A stretch of DNA of 64,000 bases, from assembly GCA_000092065.1 (NCBI GenBank), contig CP000582.1; one strand, written 5' to 3'. This stretch comes from Ostreococcus lucimarinus (taxonomy: Eukaryota). A program made the translations under genes and the position numbers. The notes beneath the pieces are model-generated. The model made no database searches. It was not told the DNA's origin and saw only the letters and a program-made list of their open reading frames with translations. This document shows positions 44,033 through 55,600 of this stretch, one piece after another (position 1 is the first letter of the stretch; every line of letters starts with the position of its first letter).

Positions 44033-45901
44033 CTATTTGCTACTAGACGAAAGCTCTTCACTCAACTCATCTTTACTTATAAAACGTGCCACGGCTGCAA
44101 ATCTTAACAAGCTTGGCGTTGCCCGAAAAAGTGTAGGTGTAAAAATCAGACTTAGGGCTGTAGTTCCGAGGAGTAGAAGATAGAGCTTTCTCTCAACAAG
44201 GTTTGCACCAGAGGCTCTTGAAAGCAAAACGAAAGACAATTCACCCACTTGTGCGAGAGATACCCCAACTGTAAAACTAGTGTACAAATTATACCCGAAC
44301 GCCCGCACTACTACTGCGATCAAAGTTGTCTTAAATATAATTACGGCGAAAACTGACATGACCAGCACGTCCAAGTGTAACCATAGGAAATATGGGTTCA
44401 TGATAAGTCCAATCGATGTTAGAAAAAGCGCCGTAAAGATGTTACGAAAGGGTTCGAGACTATGGAGCGTCTGATCGGCGTAAGGCGTCGCCGACACCGC
44501 GACGCCAGCGACGAAAGCACCCAGTTCCATGGAAAGTCCTAGACGCTCCGAGGCACAGGCTACGATCAAGCAAAACGCAACACCCGTTAATTGATAACTC
44601 TCGTCACTGTGAGCTGCTACGAATCTGAATATTCGTTTAGTGATAATTCCAGAAAGGAGTGTAAATACTAGCACAAATATTATCATCTTCACAACAACGC
44701 CCGCAAAGCTCCAAAGTGTGGAGCCCTGGCTACTAGCAAGAACTGGTATAAGTGCGAACAACAAGCCTATAGTGCAGTCCTGCAAAATCAATGTCCCCAT
44801 TGTGATTTGTCCACAGAGCGTTCGGAGATTGTCTCTTTCTATCAAACACTTACCGACGACAGCTGTCGAACTCACGGAGAGAAAGGCACCGACAAATATT
44901 CCTTCTTTGGCAGATGCACCGGCAAAGTCACTCACTACACCGCAAACGAGCATCGAAAGAAGCATTTGAAGAAACCCACCATATACGGCCACACTTTGCA
45001 CTTGTCGAAGTTTCGTGATGTCAAACTCTAGACCAAGGCCAAACAGAAGAAAAATTATACCAAATTGGGCAAAGGTCTCAACTTGAACTAGTTCTACTAT
45101 CATGCCAAACCCACCAGGACCAACTAGTGAACCCGCAACAAGATAACCGGTGATTAGCGGCTGTTGTAAAAGGGCAAACAAAGAACCACCAGCAGCAGCT
45201 GAGCAGAGCATAATGACAAGGTCATTTATAAGTCTTAAATCTTGTTGTAGTTCCATCGTTCCCCGCTTTGGATTGGATATCACGAACTCGTTGTCGGCGG
45301 CATCGACTAAGCGGTCAACGTCTTCGGAGTTTTCCTTGTTCGCTCCAAACGCACGATCTATATCGCGTTTAACACCGACGAGCTGCGTCAGCAACGTGGT
45401 TTCTCTTCTGTTTGCCTGTTGACTATCTTCTGCCCCCTCCATACTCAACTGTTCCAGAGCTTTTTCTGCCTGGATATGTGTCTTTGTTTCTCCAACTGTT
45501 GCTTCATTTCGTTGTGTTGATACGCTCTCCACAACTTTATGAGATGCGTCGTCCTTCAGGTCTCTGGTGGCATCGTCAGAAGGTTCCGTAGCTACTTCTC
45601 CTCCGCGTGGCCTGTGAAGTCTAATGACAGTCTCCAGTGTTCCGCCTTCACTTCGAACGGTATTACTGAAACTTCTCCCTGCACCAGTTGCTGTTCCATG
45701 TACCGCCGTCTCCTCGTCTTCGAACTCTTTTTGTAAAAGTGTGTTGAATTGGGCCGCGATAGTCTTGTTGAAGACTCGCTCCTTGTCGGTATCCGCGGCA
45801 GCGAGTTCACTGTCCAGCAACTGACGGGCAAACGTACCACGTCCGTGTGCGCACGCCGGAAGCACTAGTACGACGATGAAACACAAACGCCAACATTGCA
45901 T
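44033..45901 (-). CDS. K+/H+ (cation:proton) antiporter, CPA2/KEA-Kef type. The start is probably the Met at about 45901; the ORF stays open up to 46198.
   Basis: A Na+/H+ exchanger-fold core: ...GYLVAGSLVGPGGFGMIVELVQVETFAQFGIIFLLFGLGLEFD..., about 12 TM segments, an N-terminal signal-like MQCWRLCFIVVLVLPACAHG, then a long soluble acidic region. No C-terminal KTN/RCK domain is seen. Confidence 0.75.
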   Translation of the reverse strand: MQCWRLCFIVVLVLPACAHGRGTFARQLLDSELAAADTDKERVFNKTIAAQFNTLLQKEFEDEETAVHGTATGAGRSFSNTVRSEGGTLETVIRLHRPRGGEVATEPSDDATRDLKDDASHKVVESVSTQRNEATVGETKTHIQAEKALEQLSMEGAEDSQQANRRETTLLTQLVGVKRDIDRAFGANKENSEDVDRLVDAADNEFVISNPKRGTMELQQDLRLINDLVIMLCSAAAGGSLFALLQQPLITGYLVAGSLVGPGGFGMIVELVQVETFAQFGIIFLLFGLGLEFDITKLRQVQSVAVYGGFLQMLLSMLVCGVVSDFAGASAKEGIFVGAFLSVSSTAVVGKCLIERDNLRTLCGQITMGTLILQDCTIGLLFALIPVLASSQGSTLWSFAGVVVKMIIFVLVFTLLSGIITKRIFRFVAAHSDESYQLTGVAFCLIVACASERLGLSMELGAFVAGVAVSATPYADQTLHSLEPFRNIFTALFLTSIGLIMNPYFLWLHLDVLVMSVFAVIIFKTTLIAVVVRAFGYNLYTSFTVGVSLAQVGELSFVLLSRASGANLVERKLYLLLLGTTALSLIFTPTLFRATPSLLRFAAVARFISKDELSEELSSSSK

Positions 45902-46231
45902 GCTGCAAGCACGACTGTGCGCAGCGCTCGAGCGTGCAATTATTCCGCGGAAACCTGAACGACACAAGCGATCGTCGAAATTTTCGACTCGGAGACGAAA
46001 GTAGATTTTCCACAGAGAAAAATATAGAGACAAGTGAGCCATTAACATTATACTAGTATAAAATCCGCGAAATATAGCATAATTCCGCGTAATATATGAA
46101 AATCTATATCTACGTGAACCATGATCGCACCCTTTCCTTTCGCAAGAAAACCTTGGTACATTTAGATCATGATATACATCGGCGGCCTTCACACCCACGC
46201 CTTGTGTGAAACATAGGTAATTCTTTTACAC

Positions 46232-47197
46232 ATGATCGTACGCTGCCACGGTCCGCCAGCGTCACGTGTATTCTCACGACTTGGACGTATTCGTACGGCT
46301 CGAACGAGGACGGCTTTGAAGGGAGTAAGAGCCTTAGACGCGGCGCAGCCTTTTGACGGCGAGAACAAGCAACGGATGAGGGAACATAAAATAAAGTTGA
46401 AAATTGGCATTATAGGCTTCGGCAACTTCGGGCAATTTCTTTCGAAGCACTTCGTCGATCAAGGACATACAGTGATAGCTACATCGCGAGGCAACTATTC
46501 AGACATAGCCAAAGATCTGCGAGTTAGATTCTACCGAGATGCCGATGACTTTTGTGAGGAGCATCCAGACGTTGTGGTTGTCTGCACGAGTATACTGTCT
46601 ACTGACGCGACTCTGAGGAACTTCCCTCTACAGAGACTCAAAAGAAGTACTCTTTTTTGTGATGTGCTATCAGTGAAACAGTTTCCAAAGCAACTTTTCC
46701 AGCAACTCTTACCACCTGATTTTGATATATTGTGCTTGCACCCGATGTTTGGTCCGGATAGCGGCAAGCACGGTTGGAGAGACTTGCCTCTCGTTTTCGA
46801 TAAGGTTCGAATTGGGACCGAACCTTGCAGAGAAGAACGCTGCGCGAGACTCCTTGGAATTTTTGAGGCTGCTGGCTGTCGAATGGTGGAGATGTCGTGT
46901 GAAGAACATGATCGCCAAGCGGCCTCTTCTCAGTTCATAACCCATACAGTGGGCCGAATGCTCGGTACGATGGAGCTTACAGAAACAACGATTAGCACGA
47001 AGGGTTTTGAATCACTCCTATCACTTGTCGACAATACCTACAACGATTCGTTTGAACTCTATTATGGGTTATTCATGTATAACAAAAATGCAACTGCTGA
47101 GCTTTCTCGACTTGAGCTTGCATTTACAAAAGTGAAGGGTGAGTTATTCGATCGTCTGCATGAACGCATACGAAACGATATATTTGAGGAAAGTTGA
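46232..47197 (+). CDS. tyrA: Arogenate/prephenate dehydrogenase (TyrA family), intronless
   Basis: A Rossmann motif KIGIIGFGNFGQFLSKHFVDQGHTV and ...DVLSVKQ...LCLHPMFGPDSGKHGWRDLPLVF... are typical of the plant-type arogenate dehydrogenase. An alternative start is the Met at 46376. Confidence 0.7.
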   Translation: MIVRCHGPPASRVFSRLGRIRTARTRTALKGVRALDAAQPFDGENKQRMREHKIKLKIGIIGFGNFGQFLSKHFVDQGHTVIATSRGNYSDIAKDLRVRFYRDADDFCEEHPDVVVVCTSILSTDATLRNFPLQRLKRSTLFCDVLSVKQFPKQLFQQLLPPDFDILCLHPMFGPDSGKHGWRDLPLVFDKVRIGTEPCREERCARLLGIFEAAGCRMVEMSCEEHDRQAASSQFITHTVGRMLGTMELTETTISTKGFESLLSLVDNTYNDSFELYYGLFMYNKNATAELSRLELAFTKVKGELFDRLHERIRNDIFEES

Positions 47198-47214
47198 GAG
47201 GATTTGCATATTAT

Positions 47215-50200
47215 TTAACACTGGCGATCGCTCCAAGAGAGACAAACCGTTGCTCCATTGAGGGAAATGTCTTTCATTTCACCGCGAAATAATTCGCCAG
47301 CGACAGTGCAGTATTCACGTGCACTTAAAATAGCCTCGATCTCGTCCACTTTCGAAGAACCTTGCACACTGACACTATCCATTTTGATCTTTGGTCGAAC
47401 AACGCTTATATTCATACAAAGTGCCGATGATATCTCAAAATTGTCCCGGCCAAACACAACGTGTCCGTCATCTTTCTCTATGGTTGGTATGCAACCTAGA
47501 GACTTAGAAATATAGTCACCTTGAGAGTCCAGCATTTGGTGGATGAATTCTTCGTCGCCGTCTCCCGTAATAGTGTAAAGCACTTGAACTTGATCGTTTG
47601 TACGAAGTCCAGCACTTTTACGTAGCTTTTGGACACGGTTCACAAGCAGGCGAGCAGATGCTGAGAACAAAATAGAACTGTCGACGCTTAGATCCAGTAT
47701 GACCATACCTCCATCGTCCACTGTAGCATAAGCTACGTTAGCATCCTCTTGATGATTGAAATGATACTTAACGATGATATCCGAAGAAGTAAGTTCATGA
47801 CCTGCAATTACGGTTGACTTGCCACTCTGAAAAGTCGCAATTTTGAACGGATCCCATGATTTGATTTCTTGTGAAATTTCTTTCATGGACTTGCCTACTC
47901 GTTTACCCAACGCGGCAAAATTAGGTTCGGCTTTTAGCGTCGCAAACTTTGCCGGGTCGGAGCTCACCTCCACACGTCTCACATTCAGCTCATCTCTCAA
48001 GTATGATAGAAGTGCGTTCTGCGAGTCCTCAAGAAACTCAGTGTCAGAGTCGACAATCGTTATTGCTGATAAAGGCATTTTCAGTGGCTTTCCGGTACGT
48101 TCGCGTACAGCTCGAACGGTCTCTATCACAGCCTGCATCTTTGAGACGGAGCTCTCGATGCGAGGGGAGGAGCTTTGATTGAACCGAGGGAATTCACAGA
48201 GGTGAATACTTTCCTCTGATTCTGGCAGACAACGGCGTAAGTTCTGGTACATATTTTCCACAAAGAAAGGTGTGAACGGAGCCATTGTCTTGCATATAGT
48301 GAGAAGGACGTTGAACAACACGTCCAGGGCACATCTTGACTCGTCCCCGCCGTCTTTTCCTTTCAACCTACCCCGGTTGTAACGAACGTATACATTAGTC
48401 AACTGACTTATAAAAGAAATCAGCCTTGGCACAACGGTGTACAACCTGTAGCTATGCATCTCTTCGGTGACAAATTGTACGAGCGAGTTGGTTGAAGACA
48501 GTATCCATATATCGAGCACGTTTTTTGACGTCGGCTCTCCTTCACTCGGTGTAAAAGGGATCGATGCGGTTTCCTCAAGAAGACGAACGTTTTGCACGAG
48601 AAAGCGATACGCATTGTACCAAGGTAAGAAGACATCCTTCAAGACTCCAAAAACACCCTCCTCTTTGAACCTGAGAGGTTCAGCTCGCACAACAGGACTA
48701 TCAATCAGATATAAGCGAAGAGCATCTGCTCCGTACTTGTCTAAGATGGTGTTCGGATCAGGATAATTCTTCAGTGACTTGGACATCTTCTTCCCGTCTG
48801 AAGCCAGTACCAGACCATTGCAAATCAAATTTTTAAACGCAGGTTTGTCGAACAAAGCAGTTGAAAGCACCATCAGAGTATAGAACCAACCTCGGGTCTG
48901 ATCTAGACCCTCTGCTACAAAGTCTGCTGGAAAAGCGCTTTCAAACCTTTCTTTATTCTCAAACGGATAGTGTTGTTGGGCATATGGCATACTTCCACTT
49001 TCGAACCAACAATCAAAAACATCTTCGACGCGACGAAGTGGTGGGAACTCTGGACCGCGACTCGATGGTATTTCAAGATGGTCAATGAAATGACGATGTA
49101 AGTCGGTCACAACTTTCCCAGTTAGTTTCTCAAGCTCTGCAATTGAACCCACCACAATAGTCTCATCACCAGATGGAGAGGACCACACAGGTATGGGTGT
49201 CCCCCAATATCGATTTCTAGATATTGACCAATCATGTGCACTTTCAAGCCAGTTGTGGAAACGTTTTTCTTTCACGTATGTCGGCACCCACTCAGTTTGC
49301 AAATTGTTTGCGACAAGTCGCTCTTTGATCTCCTCTACTTTCACAAAAAACGAGGCCACTGCCCTGTAGATGAGAGGCGTTCTTGAACGCCAGCAGAAAG
49401 GGTAAGAGTGCACAATTCTCGCATTATCAATCAGACGACCACATTCTTTCGCCTGCTGAATTAGTAGTTTATCAGCATCTTTGATGTACATGCCTATGTA
49501 CGGTTGGGCCGCTGGTTCCATAAAACACCCATTCGCATCCACCGGGTCAGGAAGCGCGTCATCTTTTTGGAGAACATTATTTTCAATGCACACACGATAA
49601 TCATCTTCACCATACGCGGGAGCTTGATGCACAACACCCGTCCCTGAGTCATCTGTCACATAAGAATCACAACACACAGTGAACGCTTTTGGTCCCAAAG
49701 AACCCTCAAACCAGTCAAATATCGGTTTATACTTCAAACCTGAAAGTGAACGACCACTGACTGATTTTAAAATGCACCACTCATCGTTTAGAACCTTAGT
49801 AATTCCCTTGCTTTTTTTTGTTGCATGAGGTAAGCTTTCCATGCGAGCCTCGGCCACGATATAAACATTGCCTTCTGGGTCCTTAAGGTAAACGTATTGT
49901 AATTCTGGATTGACACATAGCGCTGTGTTTGACGGAAGCGTCCATGGAGTTGTTGTCCACGCTACAAGCGACGCTCCAAGTTCACAGCCAACGACTGGAA
50001 ACGCAATCTGCGCAGAATATGATTTCACAATACCAAGCTGAAATAGACGAGCTTACCATAACCGCTGGGTCAGACACATCTCTGTAGTCCAGGCCAGCCT
50101 CAAAGTTTGATAGGGGGGTGTTACAGGCAGTAGAATATGGCATAACTTTAAATCCCTTGTAAATCTACCGAAGCGTTTTAAAAATGGGCTACATCATCAC

Positions 50201-50992
50201 GTGAAGGAAGTTAATACCAGTTTTTTATCGTCCAATGACTTGAAAACCCACCATATGCTTTCCTGCGCAACGCAATAAGAACATGCTACTTGTACTACCA
50301 GAAGACGTACCATGAAGTTTGGATCCATCGTTTTGTAATCATTTTCGAAGTCGATCCATCGGCCTATTCTTTTAACTGTTTTCTCCCACTCTGCAGAATA
50401 CCGAAGGACAATACTTCTACACTCTTCGTTGTAGTTTCCGATACCCATTTTAAGAACGTCTTCTCTCCCACCAATTTCTGAAATTTGACAGTGTGAATAC
50501 GATGTTCGTATTTTCAGAAACAAACGCACTTAATTTTTTGTCTATCTCATGCTCCACCGGTAGGCCGTGGCAGTCCCAGCCGAAGCGTCTCACGACGTGC
50601 TTCCCAGTTGTAGATGCAAATCGGGTCACGATATCCTATAATCGGATGAAACTGCTGTCGAACACGTCCCAAGCAACACAAACCTTGATGGTACCCGCCA
50701 AAAGGTGGCCATAGTGAGGAAGACCAGTCGCAAACGGAGGACCATCGTAGAAGACAAACCTGTAGAAATCAGTCAAGCAGTTGAAGTTTGAGAGGAGAAC
50801 GAGACTTACTCGGGTTTGCCCTCAGTGCGGCGTAGCTGTTCGCCAAACGCATCAATGTCGTCCCATAGTTTCAAGATGCGTAGCTCCTACGTCGAGTGCG
50901 TGAATTTGGCGCAGTTTACAGCGTTTCGTTGGGTCTCGCACTTCGTCGGGAAAAGAGTATTGCTGCCCTTCGACGACCTCATATAACGTCAT
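47215..50992 (-). CDS. IARS: Cytoplasmic isoleucyl-tRNA synthetase, about 8 exons. All introns lie in the 5'-most ~0.9 kb; the 3' 2.8 kb exon (47215-50028) is uninterrupted.
   Basis: Upstream exons: [17 protein letters not shown]|[26 protein letters not shown]|[25 protein letters not shown]|[35 protein letters not shown]|[58 protein letters not shown]|[15 protein letters not shown]|[36 protein letters not shown]|. The large exon gives IAFPVVG...[14 protein letters not shown]...[12 protein letters not shown]... Confidence 0.9.
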
Positions 50993-51347
50993 TCTGGGCG
51001 ATGACGCAGAAAGCTCCTTTGAAAGCTGCTGTCGAAGTTTTCGTCGTCTTGAAGCCGTGCCGCTTCGTGAGGAGGGCTTTGTGTACACCGCGTTGAGGTT
51101 TTGGCCCTTCCGAGGTATTTATTACTGTTCGTATTTTTCGACTTGTAGCCACAAATCTACATGGTATAGCCTGAAAACGCCATCATGAAAAAACAACATC
51201 CTTCGTACTTACACAGAAAATCCATCTTCTTCACCCACACACCGCGAACTAACTATAGTAACTAGTACAGTACAGATCTACCTGTTCTGTGCCTGTAACA
51301 CGCGCGCGCCCGCCGCCACACCTGTCGTCAGCGAGGGACGACGAGCT

Positions 51348-52532
51348 ATGGGCGATACGAGCATGGTGCTGGAGCGCGCATCGCAAGATTTGATGAAACT
51401 AGAACTCGCTGGTATCATCACACCGCAGGAACGTAAGCATATATTTTCAACGCGCTCCAAACATGAGAATTCGCTGGCACGGCAGCGTGGTTCCAGTGAA
51501 CGCGCTTTTCTTGCATACAGTTCGTATGAGCTCGCTCTTGAGACTACGCTGCGGCTACGAATGAGAAAGAGCCGACATCACGCTCTCGCATCGACAGTCC
51601 AACAGCACGTACGCCGAGTCCTGGGTCGCGCTGTTCGTCAAAATACTTCGAGCCTTCATCTCTGGTACGTATTTGTACAGTACTGCGAGAAGCATGGTAG
51701 CAACAAATTATTATCTCGTGTGCTTGCGAAAGCGCTGAGATATCACACCGACAGCGTTGGACTTTGGTTGTATGCCGCAACCTTCGAGTTTCAGAAAAAC
51801 CTCAATGTGAATGCTGCTCGAGCTATCTTGCAACGTGCGCTGCGAAACTGCGCCGAAAAAGGCGACATCTGGTTAGCTTACTTCAAGATGGAAATTATGT
51901 ATGCGAACGTCATCAAGTCTCGGAAAGCGGCGCTACTATCCCAAAGTTTGACCGAAGCGACTGAGAGTAGCAAGGGTGGGATCCAACTGAAGGTTGAAGA
52001 TGGCGCGATTGCATTTCTGGTCTTTCACAAGGGCGCGTCTCAACAAGAACGAGATTCAAACTTGTGCCTGAGGATGCTCTGTGCTGCCATGGGCCTACAT
52101 CACGCTAGTACACTAATCGAGCGCATGCTCGCATCACGCATAGCATACGAGCAAGAGACAGCTACGGTAGCAAATTTTATTCTTCATAAGAAACGAACTC
52201 GTGCTACTTATCGCAGCTTGCATAAGTTGCTTAGTACGCGCGACGTATCAGCGCACATGGTGAACCAACTTCATGCCCTCCGGCGGACCCTGGAAGAATC
52301 TGAACTCAGCACCAGTACCTGGAGTAAATTATCTTTCCTATTAAAACGTGTCCATTATTCGGTGGAAGAAAAAGCCTTGCAAATGTTGAACAAGGCGCTC
52401 GTACTGCATTCGCTTGGTGTGGACACAAGATTTTCAAAGAGGCAGGGCGCACACGCAATGATAACATGTTTCAACTTTGAAGAACACGAATTTCTACAAA
52501 AAGGGCACTTTTTCAGTGCCCGAATGTATTGA
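51348..52532 (+). CDS. UTP6: U3 snoRNP protein UTP6-like (HAT-repeat protein), intronless 394 aa
   Basis: An N-terminal ...LERASQDLMKLELAGIITPQERKHIFSTRSKHE... (UTP6 N-domain pattern), then HAT/TPR-like repeats ...SLHLWYVFVQYCEKHG...VGLWLYAATFEF...GDIWLAYFKMEIMY... Confidence 0.6.
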   Translation: MGDTSMVLERASQDLMKLELAGIITPQERKHIFSTRSKHENSLARQRGSSERAFLAYSSYELALETTLRLRMRKSRHHALASTVQQHVRRVLGRAVRQNTSSLHLWYVFVQYCEKHGSNKLLSRVLAKALRYHTDSVGLWLYAATFEFQKNLNVNAARAILQRALRNCAEKGDIWLAYFKMEIMYANVIKSRKAALLSQSLTEATESSKGGIQLKVEDGAIAFLVFHKGASQQERDSNLCLRMLCAAMGLHHASTLIERMLASRIAYEQETATVANFILHKKRTRATYRSLHKLLSTRDVSAHMVNQLHALRRTLEESELSTSTWSKLSFLLKRVHYSVEEKALQMLNKALVLHSLGVDTRFSKRQGAHAMITCFNFEEHEFLQKGHFFSARMY

Positions 52533-52625
52533 CTCATAAATAACCACCGCTTATACCTACCATCTGAAACAGAATCACATTGCAGAAGTTGGAAAATAAG
52601 AGTCGTGCAGTCACGTGTTACCAGT

Positions 52626-55600
52626 TCAACATCGGTACTTCAGTTCCTGTGTTCGACATATCGATGTGGGTACTCCGTAAATTATGGGTGCCGCTCCAAC
52701 AAGGTACTTTAGCTGACACGCGTATCGTGCAACTCGTACAGCATCACTCGCACATTGGAACTCCGGAGATTCGTTCATAGAGTACGATAACCACTGCTCT
52801 AGCAATCGCGAAGAGAACCTATCAATGTCGCGATCAGTGACGTCCCACATATTAGCTATCACGATGGGAGCGCCAGCAAGTAGATATAGCATAGAGATAC
52901 TAGATAGTGATGAACACTCCATAATATCATATACACCACTCGAACAGCCCATTAATACCGTTGCAGTACAAATTGAAGCATCCTGGAAGGAGCCCGTCTT
53001 CAAAATATCTTGTCCTCCACCATGACCGAAATAAAGGTAGAAATCAAAGCTCTGGAGTGATTGGATCAATTCACTTGCGGTAGGCGACGTTCCGCTGACA
53101 CCATCCCACCCTGCTTTTGTCAGCAAAGGTTCAAGCTGTTGCTGTGTGCCGAGTAGATCGCCAGTCGGATTCAAAACAAAAAAAGTACTACTAATATTCT
53201 TTGCATGTCTTGTGTTGCTCTGGAAATCAGCGATACTTTGAGCGATAGCAACTGAGGGCGTTCTATATATGCGCTGATTATTTAAAGAATCAAGAGATTC
53301 CCAGGTGAAATGTCGCGTGACATCGTCAAGTGAAACAATGACAGCACTCCGCTGCAAAAAGCAACCAGCATTTGTCAGAGAAGTAGTTCTCTTCAGTTCA
53401 GCCAGATATTTCCGCGCAAAAGTGACCATGTCAGCAACATGTTCGCACGTGGATATTTTCTGTAACACGCTTTGTTTATCAGAAGATAAAACTAGGCACA
53501 CTGGAGCTGATTTATGTTCGCATGGATTCAACAGAAGAGACGAAAGTGCGAGCCTGAACTCGTCGTCTGTCATGCAATCTAAGCCATGGATAAGTAGCCG
53601 GAGCAGCTGCGAAGCTGATGCAACAAGCTGTAAATCTAGCTTTGATGCAAGAATCCGAAGTCTAGACATGAGTTCATCGTATAAATCTCGAAGTTGTTGT
53701 TGTTGCTGCAGCACTAAATCACCAAGTAATAGAACCCTCCACGCACCAAGTACGTCTATGTCAAGTTGAGAAAGTATCTTGCGGAGGCTAGCATCAAGTT
53801 GAAGTCGCTTTTCCCACCAGACAATTTTTGAACTTCTGCTGTCCACCGAAGTAGGTAGATTTTTCTGTTCTTTGATGATCCGTGAAAAGTTATGAAATAT
53901 TTCGCTAAGAAATGGGTTGGCGATTTGAACACAAAGCGCAGATCCGTCGACGCCACTTACTCTGGAGATGATCAGTTTGTCGCGGCGATTATCGTTGTCG
54001 GTGTGAGTGCACTTCACTATCCCTATTGTCAGCACCGGTGAACCCGTGATCGCTGTCTGTCGACATTTTTCTCCCAAGGCATTGTCTACACCAGCAAGTT
54101 CAGCGATTTCTTCACGAGATACTTGAAGACACTGGACTGCAGACGCAAACTGAGGAAATTGATCGCATTTCATCTTTCTCATCTTCCGAACGAAAGCCTC
54201 GTCGCACTGTAGCCACTTGACGGTTTTGAGCGTCAGTAAAGCTAGATACTGACTCCTTGTGACTGCTCCGTAGCAAGTTTGTAATCCGCTTGCTACTTTA
54301 CAGGGACTTTGTGTGTGATCAGAAATCATCAACGACAGAAGTCTCGACTGTAGTTCCCAAAGGATGATAGGAGTGTCACGACATCGCCATAACAGCTCCA
54401 TTACTTTGTTTCTCATTTCTATGGACATGCACACTGCGGGAGAGCGTGAATCCAAGCCCGGGCGAGGCATATCAAGTGGAAGGACTATTGAAAAGTCAAG
54501 CTTCAGTTCACATGAAAGTGAGAGAGCAACCAAAATTGGCTCATAATTCCGACAATCTTTCAACAGAGCCCCCAGGAGTGAAAATGATGTATCTGTATCT
54601 GGATCGTCCGAAGGTGTTAGAACTCCAAGATATAATAGCCTCGCATAAATTGAGCGAAAAGGACCCAACAACGAGGCACAAAGTGAGTGTTGTAAATGGT
54701 CAACATGCGCATTCACCTGACACCCACGTGACTCTGCCCTTCTATGCACAACGGCAGATATTTCGGCTATGGTTTCTCTAACTCGTGATATGTTCGTACC
54801 ACGAAACTCGGACTTATGCTCGTTTTCACAACACGAGCACTCTATGATTGAAGATAAAACCTTCGCATACACGTCCATCCTGGTATCGAAGATACTTTCT
54901 TGCGTTCTTCGGAAAAGGGCTCCATCGATAACCTCATGATAAGTCAAAAGCTCATCTCTAGCTTCTGTCAACCTTCCAAGTCGTTGATAAGTACCCGCCT
55001 TGCGTAAGTGTACAGCTCCTTGCAACGCATGCGAGCATACTCGGCGAGATAATTTCAAAGCTTCATCAAATGCGTGCAGGCTGGAAGACACCATGCCTAT
55101 CTCAGCGCAGATAGTTGCTTTCGTGCAGAGCGCTGATATGTAAGTCCCGACCACAAAAAAGTAGGAAACTTTTGGATCACATATACTTGCTTCTCCAGTT
55201 ACCTCTTTCACCGAGTCATGGTAGGAGCTGAGGCAATTTCGCAGGGAAGAAAGAGCAATTTCCACATAAGAGAATGCCTCGCTAATATGTCCTCTTTCTG
55301 CAGCAACACCTGCTAGAAGAAGTTTGGATCTCCCCTGATGAGCGCTACACGTTTTGGATATGCGTCTCTGCCACGGACGATGTCTATGAAGCGATAGTAG
55401 TAGACATGGCGCCGGAATTGGTGCCAGAAGAATAGCAGCAACATGGCTTGTTGTCTCCGGACAAATGAAATGTCTTAGCCTGTTTGATAAATGAGTAGAA
55501 CCTAAGGTATTCAACTTCTCGCAAATGTCTTGTATAGCTTCGAACATGCGTCGAACACCGTCTGAACTTTTTGCATTCAAGTGCTCTTCAAACACGCGAC

